Assembly (NCBI GenBank): GCA_965226495.1
Contig: OZ245365.1
Location: forward strand, 1,184,001 to 1,248,000
Length of the DNA stretch: 64,000 nucleotides
Direction of reading: 5' to 3'
Source: Candidatus Marinacidobacterales bacterium
Lineage (GTDB): Bacteria; Acidobacteriota; Vicinamibacteria; Marinacidobacterales; DATDRI01
Both the position numbers and the translations under genes were made by a program. Shown one piece after another: positions 18,693 to 27,548 of this stretch. The notes under the pieces were generated by a model, which was not told the DNA's origin, ran no database searches, and saw nothing but the letters and a program-made list of their open reading frames with translations. Numbering within the stretch: position 1 is the first letter of the stretch; each line of letters begins with the position of its first letter.

Positions 18693-21041
18693 ATGACGAT
18701 GCTCGCGACCCAAATTCACCGGCTCCTTCTCACGATGTTGCTAGTCGCGGTGGTTGCGCCCAAGGCGGGGTCTCAAACGCCGATTCGCGTGCAGGGCCTG
18801 GTCGTCGCCCCTACCGGCGAGGGAGTTGCGGCGGCCCGTATCGACATCGATGGCCGCGAGCCCGTTACCCCCGTTACTACCGACGAGAATGGAAACTTCC
18901 AGCTCTCGCTGCCGTCGGGTGAGTGGGAGCTGCGCGTTTCACATCCCGCCTATCGGCTGTTGCGCCACCGCGTGAAAACTGCGGCTCCAAGTGTCGATCT
19001 CGAGCTCCGCCTCGAATGGGTAAGTTCGGTCGAGGAATCGATTACGGTAATCGGGATTCGGGCCGGAGAAGAAGTTCCGGTGACCAAGCGGAACATCGAT
19101 CGTGAGGAGATCGAAAAACTCAGCTATGGGCAGGATGTTACGGAGCTGCTGGAGCACACGCCGTCGATGAACTGGTACTCGGACTCGGGCATCGGGAGCA
19201 ACTACTCCTACTTCAGCCTGCGCGGTATCCAACAGACGCGCATCAGCATGACTTACGACGGCGCGCCGCTCAACGATCCTGCGGAGCACGCCCTGTTCTT
19301 CAACAACTTCCACGACTTTCTGAGCGGCATCGACAGCATTCAAATCCAACGCGGCGTGGGCACCTCGTCGGTCGGCTCGCCCGCGTACGGGGGCTCGGTG
19401 AACTTCGCGAGCTCGCCACCGGCTCAAGACAACCGCGGCGAGGCCCGGTTGGTACTGGGCTCCTACGATACCGCGCGCGCCTCTATCGGGTACGAGTCCG
19501 GTATCTTCGACAACGGGCTCTACGCCTCGGGACGGTTTTCCTACGCCAAATCAGACGGCTATCGCGAGCGTTCCGGCACCGAGCATCACACCTTCTTTCT
19601 GAACACGGGATGGCAGGGGGAGCGTTCTTCGTTAACGCTGGTCGCGTTCTCGGGCGACGAGAAGACGGAGCTCGCCTATCTCGCCGTCGATCCGGACACC
19701 CTGAGCGAAAACCGGCGCTTCAACCCGCTCACCGAGGAAGACCGCGACAACTTCGGCCAAGACTTCGCACAGCTCAAGTACATGCGCGACCTGGGCAGTG
19801 AGACATTGCTGACCGCGTCGTTCTATTACAACGGCGCCGATGGATGGTTCCAGCTCTGGGACGACCCGGTGGCGCAAAACGACCTGCTGCGATTCGGCAT
19901 CGACCAGGGTTTCTTCGGCAGTATGGTAACCATCAGCACCCGCGCCGACAATCTGACGGCCACTCTGGGTGTGCATTACAACGATTTCAGCGGCGACCAT
20001 TTCCTAGACAGCGATGCCGGCGGTCGGGTCTACAAGAACACTGGTTTCAAGGAGACGGCGAATGCCTTTGGCAAGCTCGAGTACCGGCTTGGCGAAACGC
20101 TGCTGTTCGGCGACCTCCATTGGCGTTGGGCCGGTTTCTCGTACGAAGGCGATGTCGATTTGGGCTCGGTCGACTGGAACTTTCTCGATCCCAAGATCGG
20201 CATCCGGCAAACCCTTGCTCCTGGGCTGAGTCTCTACGGCTCGATCGGCAGGGCACAGCGCGAGCCGGCCCGGCTCGATCTGTTGCTGGGTGAGGACAAC
20301 GCCAGCCTTCCGCACGACCTCGAAGCGGTGAAACGCGAGTCGGTGGTGAACTTCGAGGGCGGGGTCAATCTCAACACGCCCCGGCTCGGCTTGCAGGCCA
20401 ACGTCTACCTGATGGAGTTCCGGAACGAGATCGCTTTGACAGGAGAGCTGTCCGAGGTCGGCCTGCCGCTAAGGCGCAATGTCGATCGCTCGTACCGCCG
20501 TGGCGCCGAAATCGACCTCAAGTGGATGCCGGTGCCGAATTGGTCGGTATTGCACAGCCTCAACGTGAGCCGCAACCGTATCAAAGAATGGATCCAGTTC
20601 TACGACGTCTTTGACGAAGAAGGAGCATGGGCCGGGAGCGAGCCGATCGCTTACCAAAACGTGCGGCCGCTTCTGTCGCCCGAGCTGGTGTTCAATCTCG
20701 GTGTGGAATGGGCACGCCGCGACACCAGCGTTGGCCTCATGGGTCGCTACGTGGCCGCATCCCAGCTCGACAACACCGGGCTCTCCCGATTCCGGACACC
20801 CTCTTTCGCCAACTTGGACTTGCGGGCCTCGCAGACCCTGGGTCGCTGGTGGCGAGGAGCCGATGCGCGCATCACTTTGTTCGTCAACAACCTGTTAGAT
20901 AATCTCGATCAGTTGCCCAGCGGCTACAGTTATCAATTCCTCGTTCGGGATGGCGCCGGCATGGATACGCTCGACGGCATCCCCTTTTACTATCCCTTGG
21001 CCACTCGCAACTTCGTCGTCTCGCTGGAGCTAGGTTTTTAA
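18693..21041 (+). CDS. TonB-dependent receptor, predicted thiamine uptake
   Basis: Plug motifs (SIQIQRGVGTSSVG..YGGSVN), C-terminal Phe; directly under a TPP riboswitch. Confidence 0.9.
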   Translation: MTMLATQIHRLLLTMLLVAVVAPKAGSQTPIRVQGLVVAPTGEGVAAARIDIDGREPVTPVTTDENGNFQLSLPSGEWELRVSHPAYRLLRHRVKTAAPSVDLELRLEWVSSVEESITVIGIRAGEEVPVTKRNIDREEIEKLSYGQDVTELLEHTPSMNWYSDSGIGSNYSYFSLRGIQQTRISMTYDGAPLNDPAEHALFFNNFHDFLSGIDSIQIQRGVGTSSVGSPAYGGSVNFASSPPAQDNRGEARLVLGSYDTARASIGYESGIFDNGLYASGRFSYAKSDGYRERSGTEHHTFFLNTGWQGERSSLTLVAFSGDEKTELAYLAVDPDTLSENRRFNPLTEEDRDNFGQDFAQLKYMRDLGSETLLTASFYYNGADGWFQLWDDPVAQNDLLRFGIDQGFFGSMVTISTRADNLTATLGVHYNDFSGDHFLDSDAGGRVYKNTGFKETANAFGKLEYRLGETLLFGDLHWRWAGFSYEGDVDLGSVDWNFLDPKIGIRQTLAPGLSLYGSIGRAQREPARLDLLLGEDNASLPHDLEAVKRESVVNFEGGVNLNTPRLGLQANVYLMEFRNEIALTGELSEVGLPLRRNVDRSYRRGAEIDLKWMPVPNWSVLHSLNVSRNRIKEWIQFYDVFDEEGAWAGSEPIAYQNVRPLLSPELVFNLGVEWARRDTSVGLMGRYVAASQLDNTGLSRFRTPSFANLDLRASQTLGRWWRGADARITLFVNNLLDNLDQLPSGYSYQFLVRDGAGMDTLDGIPFYYPLATRNFVVSLELGF

Positions 21042-21059
21042 GTCCGCTACTTCTAAGTC

Positions 21060-21623
21060 GTGTTTTCCCTCGAGCTGGTCGCCGTCGTCCTCACACTGGT
21101 GGCCGTCTACCTGACGGCGCGCCAGATCATCTGGTGCTGGCCGCTCGCCATGGTCAGCGTCGTCCTGTACGCAGCGGTCTTCTACGACGTCCGACTGTAC
21201 GCCGATATGGGGCTACAGGGTCTGTACTTTGGGCTGGCCGCCTACGGCTGGTGGGCGTGGCTGCGCGGCGGTGAGGATCATGGCGAGCTCGAGGTTTCCC
21301 TGACCTCGAGCCGGACGCGGGTGGTGCTGGTGGTGGTCGCGACACTCGGCGGGATTTTGCTGGGTCAGATCCTGATGCGCTTCACCAACGCGTCGCTGCC
21401 ATTCATGGATTCGATGCTCACCTCGTTTAGCATCGCGGCCCAGTGGATGCAGACCCGAAAGCTACTAGAATCCTGGCTGGTGTGGCTTGCCGTTGATGTT
21501 TTTTACGTCGGCATGTTCTTGTACAAGGGGCTCTACCCGACGGCGGGACTGTACGCCGCCTTTCTTGTCCTCGCTGTAATGGGTTTCACCGAGTGGCGAC
21601 GCTCGATGCGAGGCGCGCGATGA
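21060..21623 (+). CDS. pnuC: PnuC-family transporter (thiamine-type by context)
   Basis: LYADMGLQ, PFMDS and ESWLVWLAVD PnuC motifs. Confidence 0.9.
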   Translation: MFSLELVAVVLTLVAVYLTARQIIWCWPLAMVSVVLYAAVFYDVRLYADMGLQGLYFGLAAYGWWAWLRGGEDHGELEVSLTSSRTRVVLVVVATLGGILLGQILMRFTNASLPFMDSMLTSFSIAAQWMQTRKLLESWLVWLAVDVFYVGMFLYKGLYPTAGLYAAFLVLAVMGFTEWRRSMRGAR

Positions 21624-22144
21624 TCCGCGTCGTGGTGACCGGCTCCGAATGCACCGGCAAGACGAAGCTCGCCGAGGCGATTGCCACACACTACGAGACC
21701 GTCTGGGTCCCGGAGTTCGCTCGCCAGTTCGTGATCGACAAAGGCGCCGCTCCCGTGTACGAAGATGTCGAGACCATCGCCCGCGGCCAAATCGCCCTAG
21801 AGGACCACAAAGCCGGCGAGGCATCCAGCCTACTTCTTCAAGATACCGATCTACTCAGCACCATCGTCTATAGCCGCCACTACTTCGGTGATTGCCCCCA
21901 CTGGATCGAGGAGGCTTTCGAGAAACGAGCCGCCGGCCTATACCTTCTAGCCGGCATTGACGTTCCCTGGGTACCCGAAGGGGAGCAACGCGACCGCGGA
22001 GACCGGCGCGAAGAGATGCACGAGCTATTCCGGAGCGCCCTGGTCGATCGCCGCCTGACCTATGCCGAGATAGGTGGGGCAAGGGGTGAGCGATTGGAAG
22101 CGGCGGTGTCGCGGATCGACCAGCTTCTTAGTCGAGGCCGCTGA
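21620..22144 (+). CDS. NadR-type ribosylnicotinamide-kinase-like P-loop protein
   Basis: TGSECTGKTKL, VPEFAR, QDTD and DVPWV..QRD motifs; ATGA overlap with pnuC. Confidence 0.85.
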   Translation: MIRVVVTGSECTGKTKLAEAIATHYETVWVPEFARQFVIDKGAAPVYEDVETIARGQIALEDHKAGEASSLLLQDTDLLSTIVYSRHYFGDCPHWIEEAFEKRAAGLYLLAGIDVPWVPEGEQRDRGDRREEMHELFRSALVDRRLTYAEIGGARGERLEAAVSRIDQLLSRGR

Positions 22145-22279
22145 ATACTTGCTAGGGCCGGACCGGGTCGCTATGCGGTCACTGAGTCCCGCCCAGCGAT
22201 GCTTGGTGTGGTCGAGGCAAAGCTGTCCGCTTAACGGCAGAGGAGTTGCGGGTGTCTCCCGATTACTCCCCAAGAACCC

Positions 22280-22789
22280 CTAACGCACGTCGTCAACTGT
22301 TAGGCGAGGGGCTTTGTCTCCCTCCGGGGCGTGGAAAACTCCTGACACGCTCACCTCAGTGTCGTTGTCCAGCTTCTCAAGCTCGTCCGAGGCCTTATCA
22401 CCCTCCAGGAGGATTAGCATATCCAGACTGGACTCATACCCGACTCGGAGCGCTAGGGCATTCTCCACCCTCTCCAATGTGCCCTTAACGTCAACCTTCA
22501 CTTTGCCCGCTGAGAAGCCAGCGGCCTCGACGGCCTTGGCAATCTGTGCCGGATCGAAAGAGTGGTCCGGTTCGGCAAGGATCACGGTCTCGCCCGTGTC
22601 GAGACTCATCACTTCAGCGTCCTGAACGCCATCCAGGCGTTCCAGAGCCGTCTCGGCCCCGTGTGCTCACAACCCTCACGTCATGCCCTGAATCCAGGTT
22701 CGGGCTTCTTGGACTTGGGCAAAGGCTACTCCCGACAATGCGTGGCAGAGAATAATTGTACTTAGTGATAGGAGCGTTCTCACTTTCAT
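22280..22789 (-). CDS. Secreted HMA-domain heavy-metal-binding protein with a UxxU motif (two in-frame TGA read as Sec), 169 aa
   Basis: GAGAGGA RBS; MKVRTLLSLSTIILCHALSGVAFA signal peptide; IQGMT-TGA-GL-TGA-AHGAETALERLDGV..IAKAVEAAGF, in frame with the listed 22280-22612 ORF. Confidence 0.85.
22624..22661 (-). promoter_or_regulatory. Two tandem SECIS-like hairpins
   Basis: CGGGGCC-GAGAC-GGCUCUG (22661-22643) and GAACGCC-UGGAU-GGCGUUC (22642-22624). Confidence 0.6.
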
Positions 22790-22810
22790 GTCGTTAGGTC
22801 CTCTCTTTTG

Positions 22811-23662
22811 CTAGTGAAGGTATCGAAACCCTGTTACGAACACCCAGTCTTTATTCAACCGATGACCGTTCAACTCCTGGTACACGGGGAGTTGGACAGA
22901 CAACTCCAATATCAAGTTGCGCCGCAAGAAGACTTCAACTCCCGGCGAGACAAAAACGGACTCGCCACCCGTTGCAAGGATCTCCGTCCCGTCACGGTTC
23001 GACCGGCTCTCAATGAAGGAGTTGACTTCCAACACGACGAATAGGTCGTTTCGCTCCGGGTACCGGAGGAGGCGATACATGACGGATGCGTCCAGCTGCA
23101 GAAGGTTCCCCGCCTTGAACCCGCTCTCTTTCGTCGTTGCTGTCCACTGGAAATCGGTGTTGACGAACCAACTAGTCGTTGCGTGGGTAAAAATAAGCCC
23201 CTGAAGAAGGTCCGTCGCTCCGGTCGAGAAACCCTCTTGGCCCCAAGGTACCTTCACTCCCAAGAAACCCGCCAGCCGAGAAAAACCACCAGGCCGGTTT
23301 TTCGCATAGAGCCCGTCGTACTGCACGAAAAACATTGGGTCCGCCAAGCTCGTGTCTCTTGGTTGGCCGCCCGGTGAGCCGCTGACTACGGGTACCATAG
23401 CGACCCACATGAGGTGGCGTGGTAGACCGAAGACGAACGTGTTTTCCCAGGCCATCACCGTGTGGTCTCGGTCACGCTCGGGGCGACCGTCCGTGACATC
23501 TAGCGACGGAGGAGATCGTTTCAGGACTCGCCAATCAGACCGATAGAGAAAGTTGCGGACGAACAAAGTTCTAGCCCCGGGGGAGTTGATTTGCCCAGAT
23601 AGGGGCAAGTGCTGAAGCAACAAAACGGACGCCAGGACAAATCGGAGACAGATTAGTCGCAC
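22811..23662 (-). CDS. Putative outer-membrane beta-barrel (MetA/phenol-degradation transporter-like)
   Basis: Signal peptide, alternating beta-strand pattern, GVKVPWG, TGGESVFVSPGV and a C-terminal GFRYLH. Confidence 0.6.
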   Translation of the reverse strand: MRLICLRFVLASVLLLQHLPLSGQINSPGARTLFVRNFLYRSDWRVLKRSPPSLDVTDGRPERDRDHTVMAWENTFVFGLPRHLMWVAMVPVVSGSPGGQPRDTSLADPMFFVQYDGLYAKNRPGGFSRLAGFLGVKVPWGQEGFSTGATDLLQGLIFTHATTSWFVNTDFQWTATTKESGFKAGNLLQLDASVMYRLLRYPERNDLFVVLEVNSFIESRSNRDGTEILATGGESVFVSPGVEVFLRRNLILELSVQLPVYQELNGHRLNKDWVFVTGFRYLH

Positions 23663-23787
23663 GGCGTAAGTCTAGTTACCCGGCCAGAGGTTACCCAAAC
23701 AACACCTACCCTCAGGGTTTCGCAACTCGCAAGCCGAGCGCCCAGCTTCCACGTGTGCATGGATGCGCGATTCGGCAGCGTCGGCGT

Positions 23788-23835
23788 CACACCGAAGCCG
23801 GCGGCGACGGCTCCGAAACCGCTCCATTTGGACAT
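23788..23835 (-). pseudogene. Possible 5' remnant of a MerT-like membrane transporter
   Basis: Strong AGGAG RBS right after the merR stop; MSKWSGFGAVAAGFG resembles the MerT first TM helix, but similarity ends before the expected CC pair. Confidence 0.35.
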
Positions 23836-23844
23836 GACATCTCC

Positions 23845-24463
23845 TCAGGCTTTCTCGTCGGATACGTCGGCAATCACCGGGCATCTCGAACCCTGGTCAA
23901 TCGCCTGAGCGCATTGGTCCCGGTAGTTAGACATTTGTCGATGGAAGCGCTTCATTTCTTTACCCTGCTGGGCGATCTCGACTATTTTCTTGTCGAGGAT
24001 GCCCAACACGCGACGGCAGCTCCCGGGGTTGTCCGGCCGGAGGCCCAGGAGTACCGAGATCTCGTCGAGAGCGAAACCAAAACCCTGCGCGCGTTTGATG
24101 AAACTCAGACGCTGCTCAGCTTTGGGCCCATAAAGGCGGAGAGCCTGATCTGGAACGCCGCTTCATTTCTTTACCCTGCTGGGCGATCTCGACTATTTTC
24201 TTGTCGAGGATGCCCAACACGCGAAGCTCCCGGGGTTGTCCGGCCGGAGGCCCAGGAGTACCGAGATCTCGTCCGAAACCAAAACCCTGCGCGCGTTTGA
24301 TGAAACTCAGACGCTGCTCAGCTTTGGGCCCATAAAGGCGGTAGCCTGATCTGGAACGCCGGCTGGGTTTGAGAATGCCGCGCCGCTCGTAGTACCGGAG
24401 GGTTTCGCGGTTCACACCGGCCCGCAGAGCTAATTCACCGATGAGAAGCGAGTCGTTCTTCAT
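23845..24463 (-). CDS. merR: Heavy-metal-responsive MerR-family regulator, disrupted by an internal ~200-bp tandem duplication
   Basis: IGELA..TLRYYERRG..GYRLY HTH. The reconstructed 138-aa protein has Cys82, Cys117 and Cys127 and ends RCPVIADVSDEKA*. Confidence 0.8.
23948..24361. repeat. Imperfect tandem duplication inside merR
   Basis: 23948-24158 matches 24159-24361; the right copy lacks 4-bp and 5-bp stretches, and the left copy has a 1-bp indel. Confidence 0.95.
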
Positions 24464-24481
24464 TCGATTGCTCTTGGCGCC

Positions 24482-24513
24482 ATTGTAAACCTTTGACTCG
24501 GGTACAGGGTCAA
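24482..24513 (-). promoter_or_regulatory. MerR-type long-spacer promoter/operator
   Basis: TTGACC-20 bp-TACAAT with an imperfect dyad ACCCTGTAC-CCGA-GTCAAAGGT. Confidence 0.8.
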
Positions 24514-24594
24514 GCCCTTTTTTACAACAATCGAGGCTTGCTAGCTATTTCTGGGGGGCGAATGTAAACGGTTCAAATTGGAGGGTTTGTCGCT

Positions 24595-24615
24595 TGGTGC
24601 CGAAAAGGGAGATTC
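24595..24615 (-). repeat. att-like copy 4 of the tRNA-Leu 3' end (most diverged)
   Basis: TGGTGCCGAAAAGGGAGATTC versus tRNA TGGTGCCGAAGGGGGGATTC. Confidence 0.75.
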
Positions 24616-24685
24616 GGCAAAGCTCCTCTGTGCTTTCCCGAGCTGGCAATCCACTCAAGAATTCCGTGAGTACCGGAACCGTAGG

Positions 24686-26197
24686 CTAGGCGCCGCTGGG
24701 TACCTGCAATTCCGGCATCGGTGCAGTGTGAAACAAGCGCCGGCAGGGCTTCGCTATCCACCTGGCCACCGTCGTCGCCCGGTTCACACGGGCACTGTCC
24801 GTCGCAATCCCTGTGCTGGCGTACATTTGCCGGTAGAGCTTGGAAAGCAAGACGAAGGCGAGACGTGCGCGCAACGTTGGAGTACATCGAGAGCGCTTCC
24901 AGACTGGGCCCAAGCTATAGAAACGATCCCAGACCGACTGCGTGCGCGACCTGATCTCCTCGGCCGACAGCACTGGATGGTCGCTGTAGATTTTCGGCCG
25001 AAGATTTTGAGGAATCAACCAGTGGCGGGTCAATGGGATACCCCCAATGCGCGTCGGGTCATCCTTCATCGAAGCTTCCCAATTGTTGAAATCTACCGTC
25101 CCCGGGAACGGGGTCATCATCACGAACTGCGCAAAAGTCAGATCGGCCTCCTGCGCGAGGGCCGCGGTAGCGTCGAAGGTCTCCGCGCGGTCCGTGGGCA
25201 GACCAAAGATGAACGAGCCCAAGACGTGCACTCCGTGCTTACGAAACTTGCGAAGCTGCAGCACTAAGTCTGCGCCCGAGGTGTTGAAATTCTTGTAGAC
25301 CGCTTTCAGCCCTTCGGCAGTAACAGACTCGACTCCGACGAGAGCTCCTTTGATGTTGGCTTTGCGCATGGCATCCAGAAAATCGGGATCGTCGGCGACT
25401 TCCATCGTGATCTGAGTAAAGAACACCATATTGGCGGGCAACTTGGCCATTTGCGCCATCAACTGGAACCGATCTTCGCGTATTGATTTGAGCTCTTGGA
25501 GCCGGTGCACATCGTTGCGACTTTCGGCAAGCCTCAAGTCCTCTAACGTAACCGGGTAGAAATTGTCGTCCGCCAGGGCGATAAATCGAAATCCGAGCCG
25601 TCGGAGCTCGACAATTTCTTCGATGACGGCGTCGGACGGGCGCTGGCGGGGTTTTTGGCCGTCCGTGCGCCAGACGGAGCAAAAAGAGCAATGCTTGGGG
25701 CATCCGCGCACCGTTTGAACGGAGGCCCACATATAGCTGTTGGGAGGAATCAGTTCCCAACGGGCGGGCTTGAACTGGTCGGCCTCGATCTTTCCCGCGT
25801 CGTACAATCTTTCGGGCTTTCCTTTCGCGCAGTCGGCCAGGACGGTGGCCCAAACGACGTCCCCGTCGCCCTTGACGACGCCGTTTGCGCCGCCCAAATC
25901 GAATGCTTCCTCGGGGTAAAGCGTGGCGTGAATGCCTCCATAGATCACATGGGCCCCTCGCTCCTGCGCCATGCGGCCGACCTCGTACCCGCGCAGCGCG
26001 TTGCCGGTATGGATGCTGATGCCGACCACATCGCCGTGCTGAATGTCGGAGGGGTCGATTTGCTCTAGCGTTTCGTCGACAATCACCGGGTCTCCGTACT
26101 CTCGGGGGGTCGCGCCGGCAAGTACGAAGAGCCATCGGGGGGTTATAACGCCTATTCCAAAGGAGATATGGCTGGGGTTGACTAGATGCACTCTCAT
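24686..26197 (-). CDS. B12-binding-domain radical SAM protein
   Basis: VIYGGIHAT, RGCPKHCSFC (CxxxCxxC), DDNF, GVES and TPFPGT motifs. Confidence 0.92.
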   Translation of the reverse strand: MRVHLVNPSHISFGIGVITPRWLFVLAGATPREYGDPVIVDETLEQIDPSDIQHGDVVGISIHTGNALRGYEVGRMAQERGAHVIYGGIHATLYPEEAFDLGGANGVVKGDGDVVWATVLADCAKGKPERLYDAGKIEADQFKPARWELIPPNSYMWASVQTVRGCPKHCSFCSVWRTDGQKPRQRPSDAVIEEIVELRRLGFRFIALADDNFYPVTLEDLRLAESRNDVHRLQELKSIREDRFQLMAQMAKLPANMVFFTQITMEVADDPDFLDAMRKANIKGALVGVESVTAEGLKAVYKNFNTSGADLVLQLRKFRKHGVHVLGSFIFGLPTDRAETFDATAALAQEADLTFAQFVMMTPFPGTVDFNNWEASMKDDPTRIGGIPLTRHWLIPQNLRPKIYSDHPVLSAEEIRSRTQSVWDRFYSLGPVWKRSRCTPTLRARLAFVLLSKLYRQMYASTGIATDSARVNRATTVARWIAKPCRRLFHTAPMPELQVPSGA

Positions 26198-26422
26198 TCA
26201 GATTTCACTCGTATCCTCCTGGGGGCTGCTGGCGCCTCCGACCGCCCGTATGTTTCGAATCGGACGAACCTGAGCGCCTAGTCTATCAATTTCAGGCTGT
26301 GAATGCGTCTTTTTCTTCATCGCGGGATCCGCGGCACTTTACCCTGAATCCTATCTGGAGCGCTAGATGTGAAGGCGATGAATTCCGAGCCGGTTGGCGA
26401 GAAAGGGTACCAAGGGAATTGT

Positions 26423-27319
26423 CTACTCGTTGTAGGCAGGCGCCTGCTTAACCTGTTCGAAGCGCGCCAGTTCGTGCTCGATCCAAAGCTCCGCACCGGT
26501 CTCCTCGAGGAACTTCTCGATACGCTCCATCGAAGCGAGAGTCGCTTCCGCGTCGAAGTTGAACGCGGGGACGCGCCGCTCCCGGCGATTGAGCTGGAAG
26601 ATAAATAGATCGCCGGATAGGACGACAGGCCCTGTTTTTTCGAGGTCGACGAAAAGGACCTGATGGCCGGGAGTGTGGCCGGGTGCCGAGAGGATCCGGA
26701 CGCGTCCATCGCCGAAGACGTCGTGCTCGCCGTCGAGGATCTGGCGGTCGGCGTCGTGCAGGCCTTGGTAGGTTGTGGGATCAAAACCAACTACTGAAAC
26801 TTCATCAGCGAAGGCGGCATCGTATTCCGCTCGTTGGATGAGGAGCGTCGCGCCTTCGATCTCGTTCGCGACCCCGACGTGGTCGGGGTGCATGTGGGAG
26901 AACGCCATGTAGTCGACCGAGGTGTAATCGAGGCCGATCTCGGCGAGCTGCTCTCCGAGAGTTCTGTCGAGACGCATCTGCATTCCCCCCGCGTCCTGCC
27001 AGCTCTCCGCGTCGGCGATTTCCGAAGCAAGGCCGCCATCCCAGAGCAGCCGGCCTCGCTCGTGCTCGATGACGTAGCACGGCACGACGAGCTCGCGCAC
27101 GTCGGTTTCCGCGCTCGTGAAGCCGAAGTCGAGCGCGTCGAACGTCTCGTCATCGAAGCGCATGCGCCCGCAGTCGAAAACGTAGAGCTTCAGGGACGCG
27201 GGTCCCTCGGTTTCAGTTTGGGTTTCGGCGGCCGGTTCTCGCTCGGTGTCGGCAGCGCAACTCGCAAGCGCGAGCACCAGCGATAGGGATAGCGTCGATA
27301 ATCGCATCTTGAGCGGCAT
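26423..27319 (-). CDS. N-acyl-homoserine-lactonase-family MBL-fold hydrolase, lipoprotein
   Basis: SHMHPDHVG, PGHTPGHQ and LSGD motifs; LASC lipobox. Confidence 0.85.
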   Translation of the reverse strand: MPLKMRLSTLSLSLVLALASCAADTEREPAAETQTETEGPASLKLYVFDCGRMRFDDETFDALDFGFTSAETDVRELVVPCYVIEHERGRLLWDGGLASEIADAESWQDAGGMQMRLDRTLGEQLAEIGLDYTSVDYMAFSHMHPDHVGVANEIEGATLLIQRAEYDAAFADEVSVVGFDPTTYQGLHDADRQILDGEHDVFGDGRVRILSAPGHTPGHQVLFVDLEKTGPVVLSGDLFIFQLNRRERRVPAFNFDAEATLASMERIEKFLEETGAELWIEHELARFEQVKQAPAYNE

Positions 27320-27449
27320 TTTAAACCTCAAGTGTTCGAGCGCGGCCAATTTCTTTTGTATCAACAACATACGGTCTCGAGAAAAGGCTGGTGCGTTGCA
27401 AAAATTCAAGTAATCCATTTAATTGCAATAGGTTACAAGCCATCGAAAC

Positions 27450-27478
27450 TTGACAAATCAATAACATTTACCTAATAT
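27450..27478 (+). promoter_or_regulatory. Sigma70-like promoter for the HNH gene
   Basis: TTGACA-17 bp-TAATAT in an AT-rich intergenic region. Confidence 0.55.
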
Positions 27479-27548
27479 ACACCTACCAGGTTTTGGGGAA
27501 TTCAATAGCCCTTCTTGCCTTAAGCCCATGGAAACAGGGAGGTTTCGA

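Noticed and set aside
22201-22220. Possible fifth att copy (GCTTGGTGTGG) bounding the metal operon
   Set aside because: Only about 8 nt match and there is no GATTC end; chance level.
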